Positions 1 to 9,568 of a DNA stretch of 64,000 nucleotides are shown piece after piece (positions within the stretch are counted from its first letter, which is position 1; every line of letters starts with the position of its first letter). This DNA comes from a virus, in IMG/VR virus record IMGVR_UViG_3300050120_000210, positions 1 through 64,000 of that record; one strand, written 5' to 3'. The notes beneath the pieces are model-generated. The model was not told the DNA's origin. It searched no databases and saw only the letters and a list, made by a program, of their open reading frames with translations. The position numbers and the translations under genes are program-made.

Positions 1-374
1 CCACACGACTGGTCGATCTCGACGCTGTTGATGTTGAAGCCAGCCGTGACACCGCTCTCAGCAATCGTCACGGTCGGAATTTGATCGAGTGTCGCATAGA
101 GCGACTTGATGGAGCTATCGCCAGCACTCGTGATGAGTTCGTGCTCCGTCGTCATGAAGAGACGGAACTTGTAGGTCGGTTGACGAAGATCGTTCAGCGA
201 GTTGGGAGCGAAGTTGTTCGGATCGTCCAACAGCGTCATCAGAGCCTTGTTTTGCTCCGCGCCGAAAGTCGTCGTTGCTGTGGTGTTGCTGACCGGTTGG
301 GGGTTCGTCGAGTCTGGGTTGGCGCCGGGCGTTGTGCCCCGCGCCGCCGGTTCATCCATGGTTGCCCAAGTCAT
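1..374 (-). CDS. Baseplate hub/tail-associated protein, 5' part (runs off the window)
   Basis: ATG at 374 overlaps the upstream stop (ATGA); frame open to position 1 (MTWATMDEP...TYKFRLF...IAESGVTAGFNINSVEI); follows baseplate genes. Confidence 0.5.
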   Translation of the reverse strand, partial: MTWATMDEPAARGTTPGANPDSTNPQPVSNTTATTTFGAEQNKALMTLLDDPNNFAPNSLNDLRQPTYKFRLFMTTEHELITSAGDSSIKSLYATLDQIPTVTIAESGVTAGFNINSVEIDQSC

Positions 375-676
375 GAACCGATGGCCTTTTTGATTGTCGA
401 GAGTGACGGGATGATGATCGTGCGACCAATATCCAAGTCCCAGATCGGATCGACGATGATGTTCCGGTTCCGCACGGCAAAGACCCACCAGTAGGCAGGG
501 GTGCCGTACTGATCGTTGCTCAGAATATCGGGACGGAACTGATACCGCTTGTTGATGGTGAGCGTCTTGTCATCACCGGCCGATGGGATCGGACGATGGG
601 TATAGTTGGAAATATACCAGCTAGTCTGCGGCGTGGCAGCGTAGGGAGACGACGCGGGGTAATTGATGCGGGTCAT
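371..676 (-). CDS. Baseplate wedge subunit, gp53/LysM-like
   Basis: YQFRPDILSNDQYGTPAYWWVFAVRN motif typical of gp53-like proteins; TAATG coupling to upstream gene. Confidence 0.75.
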   Translation of the reverse strand: MTRINYPASSPYAATPQTSWYISNYTHRPIPSAGDDKTLTINKRYQFRPDILSNDQYGTPAYWWVFAVRNRNIIVDPIWDLDIGRTIIIPSLSTIKKAIGS

Positions 677-1470
677 TAAATCCACCCCGTCGCAGCACCG
701 TTACGCATGAGAGCACCGGTGCGGAATGCATCCAAGCTGAACTCTTTACGCATAGCGGTAGGTGTCTGCTGGACCTGAAGGTCCATGCTGATCGAGAACA
801 GCGCGGGTAGTTTTGCAACACCGCTGGCAGTGTTGACCGTCACCATGTTCATCGACTTGTCGAGCGAATAGCTGTGCGACTTCACGATGACCGGGAGGTT
901 GTTGAACATGTAGTTTCCGTAGCCTTGGAAGATCAGCACGGGAGGCGGAAGACCAGCCTTACCGGCGGCCTTGTCGGTCTCACCGAAATACATCTTGGAG
1001 ACCGTCCGCAGGAAATGCAGACAGGCCAGCGCATAGCGGCCTTCGCGCTGGTTCTGCACGGAGAAGTCTGCGGTGACGCTCAGCGTGACGCTCGGCGTCC
1101 GTGTGTAGGTTTCGATGCTGCCGTTGGTGTGGACCAGTTCGGCCGAGCGATACTCGACGGCCTGCGACACTCCGATGGTCGGAGTGTAGGGGAACATCAT
1201 CCCATCGGTGTCGTAGAGGATCGAGAGGATGTTGTCTGCGGTGCGGTCGCCGTAGACCTGTTGCATCTGCGAGTCGCCGCGCATGGCGCGCAGGCGGACG
1301 CGGGTGTCTGTTGTCGGAGCGATAGGCGTGTCGAGAGAGTCCGTCGTGGTGACGGTGCCTTGACCCATCGGGTCGAAATCCGGGGAAACGATATTCTGTG
1401 GATCAGTCGATGTGGTGATGACTTGCTCACCGCCACGAAAGCTATTCAACAACTGGAAAGATGTAGTCAT
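676..1470 (-). CDS. Baseplate/tail-tube initiator-like protein
   Basis: FPYTPTI, HFLRTVSKMYFG, GLPPPVLIFQGYG.YMFNNLPVIV motifs; directly upstream of gp53-like gene. Confidence 0.65.
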   Translation of the reverse strand: MTTSFQLLNSFRGGEQVITTSTDPQNIVSPDFDPMGQGTVTTTDSLDTPIAPTTDTRVRLRAMRGDSQMQQVYGDRTADNILSILYDTDGMMFPYTPTIGVSQAVEYRSAELVHTNGSIETYTRTPSVTLSVTADFSVQNQREGRYALACLHFLRTVSKMYFGETDKAAGKAGLPPPVLIFQGYGNYMFNNLPVIVKSHSYSLDKSMNMVTVNTASGVAKLPALFSISMDLQVQQTPTAMRKEFSLDAFRTGALMRNGAATGWI

Positions 1471-2000
1471 TCGACTCCCATACCGACACGAACCGCTTCG
1501 TAGAGTTCATGTGTCAGTGTGTCGTCAGTCGTAGCGGAGAGATCGCGGAAGGCGGACCAATCACCGGCCGCCGCAGCGGCCCTCGCGCTTGTGGCGCTGG
1601 CGTCAGTCTCTTCCCGCGTAATCGCTCTCACTTCGGCGTGCTTCAAACCAAACACCTCAGTTCCCTCGTAGGCGGACAAAATCTTCGAGAACTGTTCGAG
1701 CCGATCTTCACCGACGATCATCACACCATCTTCCACGCCATCGGCCGCCATATCGAGGGCAGCCACGAACAGGGTTTTCGCCAGTCGAACTTCCACGTCG
1801 GGGAAGAGCTTTTTGGCGAAGGCGAGTTTCTGTTCAGCCGTGAGCGGATTGCGTGCTTCGTCATGGGTTTCGGAGAGATACAGCCGAGCAACAGCGCCAT
1901 CGCGTTGAGCTTCTTCACGAAGCTTTTCAACAACACGACGGTGCCCGCTGGTCGGGGGATTCAACCGCCCAAAAGCGAAGACTGCTTTCACGTTCTTCAT
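1467..2000 (-). CDS. Cytidylyltransferase-like nucleotidyltransferase (HxGH superfamily)
   Basis: FGRLNPPTSGH, VGEDR and SATSAR motifs as in T4-like phage cytidyltransferases. Confidence 0.75.
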   Translation of the reverse strand: MKNVKAVFAFGRLNPPTSGHRRVVEKLREEAQRDGAVARLYLSETHDEARNPLTAEQKLAFAKKLFPDVEVRLAKTLFVAALDMAADGVEDGVMIVGEDRLEQFSKILSAYEGTEVFGLKHAEVRAITREETDASATSARAAAAAGDWSAFRDLSATTDDTLTHELYEAVRVGMGVE

Positions 2001-2005
2001 GTCCG

Positions 2006-2011
2006 TATTTA
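2006..2011 (-). promoter_or_regulatory. Late promoter TAAATA (representative of a recurring motif)
   Basis: TAAATA recurs just upstream of genes at 2006(-), 15562(-), 19891(-), 19930(+), 22494(+), 24863(-), 24880(+), 31644(-), 36283(-), 38892(-), 39185(-), 40374(-), 46345(-), 47026(+), 53433(+); resembles the T4 TATAAATA late promoter. Confidence 0.7.
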
Positions 2012-2215
2012 TGAGTGAGATTATGTCAGGTGTTAACTATACGCCCAACCTGACGAAATAAGCGAAATCTAAACAACCAGAAGAACCAAATCATCATCGG
2101 AACGAATGATCCGATGGAGAGCGATTCCCTTTGCTACCAAAAAGGTTCGCAGGAAGTCCATTTCATTCAGTGATTTATATTGCTCACAGTATTCATGGAA
2201 GGTTATACATTAAAT

Positions 2216-3085
2216 ATGAGTTCAACCCCCACACCCGCACCAGTAACCGCCAAGATCAAATACATCAACAACAAGGAATTGCTGTCCGAAATCCACAACA
2301 GCAAGAAATCCTTCTGCTCCTTTATTGAACCGGAGCACGCCAACTTCGACACGATTGTTCACAACGTGTCACAGATCACGCCCACGCTGATCGAAGAAGT
2401 CCGGCTGAAGAAATCCAAGCCTCGGGGAAAGCCAGCCATCCCGCTCGACGATCTGCCGCCTGAAGGCATCGTCGTCCGCGTGATGACCTACGAGCACATC
2501 CCCCTCGACCCGGATCGCGTCCGCAAGAGCCGCGTCACCGACCAATCCTACGCCCGCACCAGTTTCCCGCCTTTCAAGCATTACGTCCTGCTGGCCGATG
2601 GCCCGAAGGAAGTTCTTCGTTCGCATTGGAAAGGCGGCTTCGACAACGGCCACTTCATCGCAGATCAGGGCCGGATCAACAACCGACTCGCGATGATGTT
2701 CATGCTGCTGGTCGAACGCTACTCCCGCCGGGGCAACTGGCGTGGCTACACCTACGTCGATGAAATGCGGAGCCAAGCTCTGCTGCAACTCTCCCAGATC
2801 GGCCTTCAGTTCGACGAATCCAAGTCGGACAATCCGTTTGCGTTCTACACGACTGCGATCCGAAATTGCTTCACAAGGGTCCTCAATCTCGAAAAGAAAT
2901 CGCAGAATATTCGCGATGACTTGCTCATCATGAGCGGCGCCTCTCCCTCTTATACGCGTCAGATCGACAACGAACTTGAGTATCGATTCCCCTCGGAGAA
3001 GTCTGGCGAAGCTCCCAAGCGTAGAGGACCGGGCGCTCCCAAGAAAGTCGTGGCCACAACAGCACCATCCGTGATCGACGATTAA
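2216..3085 (+). CDS. gp55: Late-transcription sigma factor, T4 gp55-like
   Basis: YINNKELL, NWRGYTYVDEM, FDESKSDNPFAFYT motifs; upstream of gp47/gp46 as in T4-like phages. Confidence 0.85.
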   Translation: MSSTPTPAPVTAKIKYINNKELLSEIHNSKKSFCSFIEPEHANFDTIVHNVSQITPTLIEEVRLKKSKPRGKPAIPLDDLPPEGIVVRVMTYEHIPLDPDRVRKSRVTDQSYARTSFPPFKHYVLLADGPKEVLRSHWKGGFDNGHFIADQGRINNRLAMMFMLLVERYSRRGNWRGYTYVDEMRSQALLQLSQIGLQFDESKSDNPFAFYTTAIRNCFTRVLNLEKKSQNIRDDLLIMSGASPSYTRQIDNELEYRFPSEKSGEAPKRRGPGAPKKVVATTAPSVIDD

Positions 3086-3147
3086 AATATCGACATCGCG
3101 TTAACCACGATTCTACCTTGCGTGTATTGTTTTAGGACATTTCACGC

Positions 3148-3693
3148 ATGTGCATTCTTCAAGAACGTGCTGCGATCATCAGTAAGATCGTCGAGCACCA
3201 AGACCTACGAGTTAAAACTGCCGCACAAGTTCGTCGGGCGCTGGATTACGCGCTCGACGGTGCAGAGAGCTTCGAAGAACTGGAAGCTGTCGAGAAATCT
3301 ATCATTGGAATCAAGATCGAGAAGTATTGGCTTCGCCAATTCGATTTCCCCATGAAGAAAACCAAGCAGAAATTGGAACGCCTGACTCGGGAAAATCCGG
3401 GTCAGGTGTTTCAAAATACCCTGCTGGATACCGAGATCGCCAACGTCCCGGTCGATCTGAAACACACCATCGGCGACAACTGGATGGTGCCGCTCGAAGC
3501 GGTTGGTCACTGGCTGCTGCTCTTCCAGACGAACATGGAAGGCAAGACCTTCAACCTCGGCCTGTTCAAGGCCGATCCCGAGAACCTCACCAAGGGCGGA
3601 AATCAGGACAAGAAGGTCAACATCTGCGCGAGCGCCAAGGAAACGATCACTTGGATCATCAAGGATGAACCGATTCCCGAGCGCCCAGCATGA
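3148..3693 (+). CDS. NaeI-family type II restriction endonuclease, catalytic domain only
   Basis: LDYALDG...EKSIIGIKIE...DTEIANVPVDLKHT..NWMVPLEAVGHWLL...GLFKA...NQDKK parallels the NaeI endonuclease domain as recalled (DYEIAGVQVDCKFS..WMLPPESIGH...NRDLK). Confidence 0.7.
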   Translation: MCILQERAAIISKIVEHQDLRVKTAAQVRRALDYALDGAESFEELEAVEKSIIGIKIEKYWLRQFDFPMKKTKQKLERLTRENPGQVFQNTLLDTEIANVPVDLKHTIGDNWMVPLEAVGHWLLLFQTNMEGKTFNLGLFKADPENLTKGGNQDKKVNICASAKETITWIIKDEPIPERPA

Positions 3694-4304
3694 AGTATTT
3701 CTTGCCGAACGCTACCCTTCCGCCGGGTCTGACATTGGAAAGCTTGCATAAAGCCATGGCTCAAACTGCGGATGTAGTTTCCCATCTCAATAATGCATTG
3801 TCAGAAAAAGACATGGGTCCGCTCTCGTCCATCATCCAGAGAAACAATTTTTCAGGAATCGTTTCGAATATTTTCACCAAGGCATTGGATACGCATTCTC
3901 CATTCAAGGATAACTCGGATCAGGAATATCCTGATCTCCTGAGTGAGACAGATGGTCTAGAAGTGAAATGCACATTCTCTGCTTCCAAAGGAGCGGAATC
4001 CCACAATGCTCATTCTGGTTGGCACGTCATCGGTAGTTTCGATTTGGTGGATAGTGCATTGGTATGGACGTGCATGAAATTCGCAAATCTTGTTGCATAT
4101 GATTTGCCTGATTCCGATTGGAATTACTGTGGTAGCAAAAGAAACGAAAACGGCAGTCAGCGCACAGAAACATATACCACTAATACGGTTGGTCGTGGGA
4201 AGTTGCTATCTGGTATCTGTTATCTGGATACTGACATGGTCCCCAATTGGCATCGTTGGCGGGGGCTAACGCCGCATATTCGTCAGAGTATTTTGAATGT
4301 TTGA
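3690..4304 (+). CDS. Putative PD-(D/E)xK restriction-type endonuclease
   Basis: YPDL...GLEVK catalytic-like motif; visibly AT-richer than flanks; ATGA-coupled to the NaeI-like gene. Confidence 0.5.
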   Translation: MKYFLPNATLPPGLTLESLHKAMAQTADVVSHLNNALSEKDMGPLSSIIQRNNFSGIVSNIFTKALDTHSPFKDNSDQEYPDLLSETDGLEVKCTFSASKGAESHNAHSGWHVIGSFDLVDSALVWTCMKFANLVAYDLPDSDWNYCGSKRNENGSQRTETYTTNTVGRGKLLSGICYLDTDMVPNWHRWRGLTPHIRQSILNV

Positions 4305-5328
4305 TCCTCTTTTCAAAAAAGCCGTTACGCTTACCGACGTACACTTCGGCCGCCAGAGCAACAGCCCCACGGCGAACCAAGACAATCTCGACTTCATTGA
4401 CTGGTTCATTGAGGAAGCGAAGACGTGGGGCGCCGAACGCTGCATCATGATGGGCGACTGGCACGACAACCGTCACAGCCTGAACGTCCTGACGATGAAC
4501 TACAGCTTGGAGGCGATGAAGAAGCTCAACGACGCCTTCGAAGTCGTTCACTGGGTGCCGGGCAATCACGACCTGTTCTACCGTGACAAGCGCGACGTGA
4601 GCAGCGTCTCGTTCGCCGATCTGCTGCCCAACGTGTCCATCGTCCGCAAGCCGACCACGGTGGCCGGGGTGACCTTCCTGCCGTGGCTGGTGGGCGATGA
4701 GTCCTCCAAGCTTCGGGCGCTGAAGTCTCGCTACATCTTTGGCCACCTCGAACTTGGTGGTTTCATGATGAATGCGAAGGTCGAGATGCCAGAGACGGAT
4801 CACGGTCTGAAGTCCACGACGTTCGTGAACCAAGACTACGTTTTCTCTGGTCACTTCCATATTCGCCAGCAGAAGAACAAGGTCGTCTATACCGGCAACA
4901 TCATGCCCTTCAACTTCTCGGACACATGGGACGAGGATCGCGGGATGATGTTCTTGGAATGGGGCAAGGAACCTTTCTTCAAGGCTTGGCCGGACCAGCC
5001 GCTTTTCCGCACGATGCGTCTGTCCGAGATGCTCGACAAACCGGCTCAACTCCTGAAGCCGCGCATGACCGCTCGCGTCGGGATCGACATCGAAATTTCC
5101 TACGAGGAAGCCCAATTCATTAAAGACAAGTTCCTTGGCGATTACGGTCTTCGGAAGATCGAGTTCGCACATCAAGCCAAAGGCAGCGTGGACGATCAGG
5201 AGTTCACCGGTGAAGTGATCTACCAGACCGTGGATCAAATTGTCGTGGATGGTCTCATGTCGGTGCAGAGCATCGGGATGAAGCCGGAAACACTCGTGCA
5301 AATCTACAAAGAACTGCCAAACCTGTGA
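4297..5328 (+). CDS. gp47: Recombination nuclease, gp47/Mre11/SbcD-like
   Basis: Metallophosphoesterase motifs TDVHFG, GDWHD, GNHD, GHLE, SGHFH. Confidence 0.92.
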   Translation: MFDPLFKKAVTLTDVHFGRQSNSPTANQDNLDFIDWFIEEAKTWGAERCIMMGDWHDNRHSLNVLTMNYSLEAMKKLNDAFEVVHWVPGNHDLFYRDKRDVSSVSFADLLPNVSIVRKPTTVAGVTFLPWLVGDESSKLRALKSRYIFGHLELGGFMMNAKVEMPETDHGLKSTTFVNQDYVFSGHFHIRQQKNKVVYTGNIMPFNFSDTWDEDRGMMFLEWGKEPFFKAWPDQPLFRTMRLSEMLDKPAQLLKPRMTARVGIDIEISYEEAQFIKDKFLGDYGLRKIEFAHQAKGSVDDQEFTGEVIYQTVDQIVVDGLMSVQSIGMKPETLVQIYKELPNL

Positions 5329-5816
5329 CTACTCATATTGAATTTCATTTGGTCCAGTTTCAAGGAAACACCGCCAAGTTAGCAAATGTCGTCTACAATT
5401 ACGACGAAGCGCACGATCTGTGCTACAATTTGAATCTAGAACATAGTAATGATGCAAATCGTTCTGTGTTTCAGGTGTTCGAAACTTCACGGTCGGAGCG
5501 GCGCGGGGGAACCGTTCTATCTAAGAGTGAATATGAAATTTGTTCGGCTGTTAGCCGAAAAGTTCCTATCTGCGATTCCAGTGAATTCAAGTTCATCCCC
5601 GTGTTTTCTACTAACATCAGATTGTGCAAGCTTATTGAAATACACGACGATGGAAGACCAATGTATAATACGACATTAGCCCCCGCATATGAACTGTGTG
5701 CATTTCGAGGGGGTAACAACTGGCAAGTTCAATTTATTGCCAACAAAGCCATTTTGATTGGCTCGAAGGTAGATTTCGATGCTGATTTCTTGTTTCTCAG
5801 AGCATTTGCCGCTTAA
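5325..5816 (+). CDS. Hypothetical protein, AT-rich insert between gp47 and gp46
   Basis: 163-aa ORF, GTGA overlap with gp47 stop, atypical composition. Confidence 0.55.
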   Translation: MTTHIEFHLVQFQGNTAKLANVVYNYDEAHDLCYNLNLEHSNDANRSVFQVFETSRSERRGGTVLSKSEYEICSAVSRKVPICDSSEFKFIPVFSTNIRLCKLIEIHDDGRPMYNTTLAPAYELCAFRGGNNWQVQFIANKAILIGSKVDFDADFLFLRAFAA

Positions 5817-5830
5817 ATTAGAGTTAGTAG

Positions 5831-7894
5831 ATGATTTCGATCAAAAACCTGACGATGAAAAACTTCTTGTCGGTCGGCGCGGTCACACTCGCGCTCAACC
5901 TCGACAAGCATGGGTTGACGTTGGTACTCGGCGCCAACACCGACACGGCTGGTGGCCTGACGCGGAATGGTGCGGGCAAGACGACAGTGCTGCAAGCGAT
6001 CAGCTTCGCGCTCTACGGCAAGCCGCTGTCGAAGATCAAGATTCCGAATCTCATCAATAACGTCAACAACAAGCAGATGTTGGTGACCATCGAGTTCTCG
6101 CGCGGCGACCAGAACTATCGGATCGAGCGTGGACGCAAGCCCGACGTGATGAAATTCTACGTCAACAACCATGAGGTGAAGGACGAAGAGCCGGTCGGCG
6201 GTGAGCAGCAAGGCGAAAACCGCCACACGCAGGAAGAAATCGAACGCATCATCGGCATGAGCCACACAATGTTCAAACACATCGTGGCGCTCAACACCTA
6301 TACCGACCCGTTCCTGCGGATGCCGGTCTCGAACCAACGCGAAGTGATCGAAGAGCTTCTCGGCGTCACGCAAATCAGCACGCGTGCTGAAGTGCTGAAG
6401 AAGCTCATCGGTCAGACCAAAGAAACCATGCGCGACGAACAGGCTGGCCTCAAGGCCACCATCGAAGCGAACACTCGTATCGAGAATGCCATCGTGCAGG
6501 CCGAGACGCTTTCGACCGCATGGCTAACCGAGCATGAGACGACGATCACCGTGCTCGGCGAAGAGATCACGGCGATGAAGGACATCGACTACGAGGCAGA
6601 GATCGTCAAGTTTGACGCCATCGACGCATGGACCACCAAGGAGAAAGAAATCCACGGTGGATTTGATGCGGCCTCGCGCGAAATCTCCCTGCTGACTCGC
6701 GAAATCTCTGCTCTGGAATCCGAAGCCTCCCGTCTGACCAAGGATGCCCACACTGATATCTCGGCCCAAGTTCGGCGCTTCGAGAGCGAGAAGGCTCGTA
6801 AGGAAAAAGACATCGCCAACATGCGTGGCGATGTCGAGACGAAGAAAGCCGAACTGGTCAAGCTTCGCAGCGATATCGAGCTTTCTGGTAAACTGGAATG
6901 CTTCTGCTGCGGCCAAGAGCTTGAAGGCACCGATCATCTGGAAACGGTGCTCGGCAAGATGCACCGCGACGTGGGCCTGCGTGAAAAATCCATCGCCGAT
7001 TTCCAAGCGGCTATCGAAGAACTGACCGCCGAAGTCGCGCACATCGACGAAGAGATCGAACACGTCACCACGGCGGCCGAAACTCGTCGAGTGGACTTCG
7101 AAGCCAAGGCGAAAGCCAAGCTCGATGCGACCAAGGAACCGAAGGGGCGCCTGACGGCCCAAGAGGCTTTGGCGTCGTCGTTTGGCGGGCTCATGAAGAC
7201 GCTCGGTGATCGTCCCGAAGCGTTGTTCTCGACCCGCGACGAAGTCTATCGAGCCAAGCAACTGTTCGACAAATTGGTGCGCGAGGTTGAACTCGAATCC
7301 GCCAAGGAGAACCCGCACGCGAATCAGATTGAGACGTTCCGGGCTACCCTGCAAACGGTGGACTACACTTCCATCAACGATCTCGATGATCTCCACAAGC
7401 ACCAAGATTTCCTGCTGCGGCTGCTGACCAACAAGGACAGCTTCATCCGCAAGAAAATCATCGATCAAAATCTGAACTACCTGAACAGCCGCCTGAACCA
7501 CTATCTGGAAAAGCTCGGGCTGCCGCACGAAGTCCGGTTCCAATCCGATCTCAGCGTGGACATCACGCTGCTCGGCCGGGACTTCGACTTCGAGCAGCTT
7601 TCTCGTGGTGAAATGAACCGCGTCATCATGGCCACCTCGTGGAGCTTCCGCGACGTGTGGGAGAGCCTGAACGAGGGCTTCAACCTGCTGTTCGTGGATG
7701 AGATGCTCGATCAAGGCACCGACGCCCAAGGCGTTGAGGCCGCGCTCAGCATCCTCAAGAGCATGGCGCGTGACCGGAACAAGAACGTGTTCCTCATCAG
7801 TCACCGGGACGATCTGACGGCTCGCATCGACCGCATCCTTCTGGTGCGAAAAGAAAATGGCTTCACGCGCTTCGAGGAAGACGCACTTGTTTGA
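5831..7894 (+). CDS. gp46: Recombination ATPase, gp46/Rad50/SbcC-like
   Basis: Walker A NGAGKT, long coiled coil with CxxC hook (CFCC), LSRGE signature, FVDE Walker B, ISH. Confidence 0.93.
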   Translation: MISIKNLTMKNFLSVGAVTLALNLDKHGLTLVLGANTDTAGGLTRNGAGKTTVLQAISFALYGKPLSKIKIPNLINNVNNKQMLVTIEFSRGDQNYRIERGRKPDVMKFYVNNHEVKDEEPVGGEQQGENRHTQEEIERIIGMSHTMFKHIVALNTYTDPFLRMPVSNQREVIEELLGVTQISTRAEVLKKLIGQTKETMRDEQAGLKATIEANTRIENAIVQAETLSTAWLTEHETTITVLGEEITAMKDIDYEAEIVKFDAIDAWTTKEKEIHGGFDAASREISLLTREISALESEASRLTKDAHTDISAQVRRFESEKARKEKDIANMRGDVETKKAELVKLRSDIELSGKLECFCCGQELEGTDHLETVLGKMHRDVGLREKSIADFQAAIEELTAEVAHIDEEIEHVTTAAETRRVDFEAKAKAKLDATKEPKGRLTAQEALASSFGGLMKTLGDRPEALFSTRDEVYRAKQLFDKLVREVELESAKENPHANQIETFRATLQTVDYTSINDLDDLHKHQDFLLRLLTNKDSFIRKKIIDQNLNYLNSRLNHYLEKLGLPHEVRFQSDLSVDITLLGRDFDFEQLSRGEMNRVIMATSWSFRDVWESLNEGFNLLFVDEMLDQGTDAQGVEAALSILKSMARDRNKNVFLISHRDDLTARIDRILLVRKENGFTRFEEDALV

Positions 7895-8205
7895 TCTACT
7901 GCTTACCGGAAACACCTCTCCGACTCTCGACCTACAATGGGAAAAGGGCGACGTTGGCAATTGGCTGCTTCGCGTGGGCAAGGCACGCAAGGTGGCCCAT
8001 GTCTATCTCAACCCTTGGAGCCCATTGTGGGTCGCCGATGTCCGCGCATGTGACTATTCGGAATCCTTCGTCACAGTAGAAGAAGCCAAGCTTGTTGCGG
8101 AGTTGATGTTCCGGGCATGGCTGGATGAAGTTCTCCACTACGACCATGGTGGTGACATCATAAACTTCGGTGGAGACGGTATCGATTTCGGTTGCTGAGT
8201 TTTCG

Positions 8206-8233
8206 TTGACGAAAACCAGTATTGCAGTAAGGT
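8206..8233 (+). promoter_or_regulatory. Early sigma70-like promoter TCGTTGAC(G/C)A, -10 box 16-17 nt downstream (representative)
   Basis: Similar -35 context at 8206, 9957, 29474, 36309, 40393, 43187, 46405, 56276 (+) and about 15862 (-), each in front of a gene cassette; the -10 is weak at some sites. Confidence 0.7.
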
Positions 8234-8277
8234 GGGTCTTCAACAACGGGCCGGTTCGGCTTTTTAAGGGAGAATCC

Positions 8278-8682
8278 ATGACCTTACAATCCGTGAGCCC
8301 TGCCGTCGTTGACGCCGCCATCGCCAAGCAATGGCAGGCTGACAACGCCGTGCACATCAACCCCGACCCGTATGTGATATACAGCGAGTTCGGCGAACTT
8401 ATGGTGCTTGATCGCGCCGGAAAGCCGCATCCGTTTGCGGACTTTTTCAAGTTCAAGAACACCGATTCTTTCACGGCCGCCGATCACAAGCTGACGGCGT
8501 GGCCGAAACATGACGGTGATGAACTGCTGGTCAACACATCCGCCGCCGTCCAAGGCGCCACCGCCTCGACCGCCGTGTCCCATCCGACTTGGCCGGAAGC
8601 GTTCGAGCATTCCGCATTCGCGATCTGCGGTGCGGCGATGTTCGCCGCGTTCGTCATCGGCATGATAAAAATCGCACGATAG
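8278..8682 (+). CDS. Hypothetical protein with C-terminal transmembrane helix
   Basis: RBS GGGAG before ATG 8278; hydrophobic C-terminus. Confidence 0.6.
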   Translation: MTLQSVSPAVVDAAIAKQWQADNAVHINPDPYVIYSEFGELMVLDRAGKPHPFADFFKFKNTDSFTAADHKLTAWPKHDGDELLVNTSAAVQGATASTAVSHPTWPEAFEHSAFAICGAAMFAAFVIGMIKIAR

Positions 8683-8844
8683 GAGACCCAATGAACAGCA
8701 CCTCGATCCCGATCTCGTGGCCGGACGCCGTCGAGCACATCGCCCACTACGCGCTGATCCCGGTCTGTGTGACCGTGGTCATCATCGTCCTCGTTCGCTG
8801 TGTCACGCACATCGTCACGTCGCTGATCGTCACCAACGCCTAAG

Positions 8845-9162
8845 ATGCTCGGTGATTTCACCATCCATTCGGTAGACCCCCGCGAAGAAGGGTGGTCGCC
8901 GAGCGTGCTGTTCAAGTCGGAGATTCGATTTCGAATCCTCCTGCCGAGCACCATGGATAACTGGATGGCCCGTGTCGTCGCCCGTGACGCCTACGCGAAA
9001 CAGATGGACCCTGACGCCGAAGGCGTGAAGTGGCTCATCACGGAGGAATACGAAGTCTACTGCAATAGCATCACGTTCCTGATTATGGCGCGGATGAACG
9101 AAGACGAGACCTTCGAGAAATTGGTCGGCCGGATCGAAGAGCGGAACGACCGCGATGAATGA
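8845..9162 (+). CDS. Hypothetical protein
   Basis: 105-aa ORF in a tightly packed + strand cassette. Confidence 0.55.
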   Translation: MLGDFTIHSVDPREEGWSPSVLFKSEIRFRILLPSTMDNWMARVVARDAYAKQMDPDAEGVKWLITEEYEVYCNSITFLIMARMNEDETFEKLVGRIEERNDRDE

Positions 9163-9568
9163 TGATCCAGACGGCTTGGGTAAGAAACCCTTACCCATCG
9201 AAGCCACTCGCCATGGCCATTTTACGTGGACGCTCGGCCTGACGGGAGAGCTTGACGAAAATTACGTCTCGCCCCGCGTGGCGCTGCTTCGTATCACCAA
9301 CGATCTGGCTGGGGCGTCGAAGATCAACATGCTCTATGCCTTGGAACGCCGGGGCTATGTCGAAAGCATGGTCATCGACGTGCCGGACTTCCAGATTGGG
9401 GAAGACCTCGTAAAGAAAATGCTGGCCGAGCGTGACATGCCCTCCAACGACAAGTGGACATGCTTTCTCACGACTGGACCAGAGATTGACGTGTCTCCGT
9501 GCCTCGTATTCGCCTTCAAGAGCCAAGTGGATCGGCTGCTGTTCAGCATGGATTGGCCGCGTGATTAA
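9155..9568 (+). CDS. Small-protein paralog family member
   Basis: Ends LVFAFKSQVDRLLFSMDW. Confidence 0.6.
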   Translation: MNDDPDGLGKKPLPIEATRHGHFTWTLGLTGELDENYVSPRVALLRITNDLAGASKINMLYALERRGYVESMVIDVPDFQIGEDLVKKMLAERDMPSNDKWTCFLTTGPEIDVSPCLVFAFKSQVDRLLFSMDWPRD

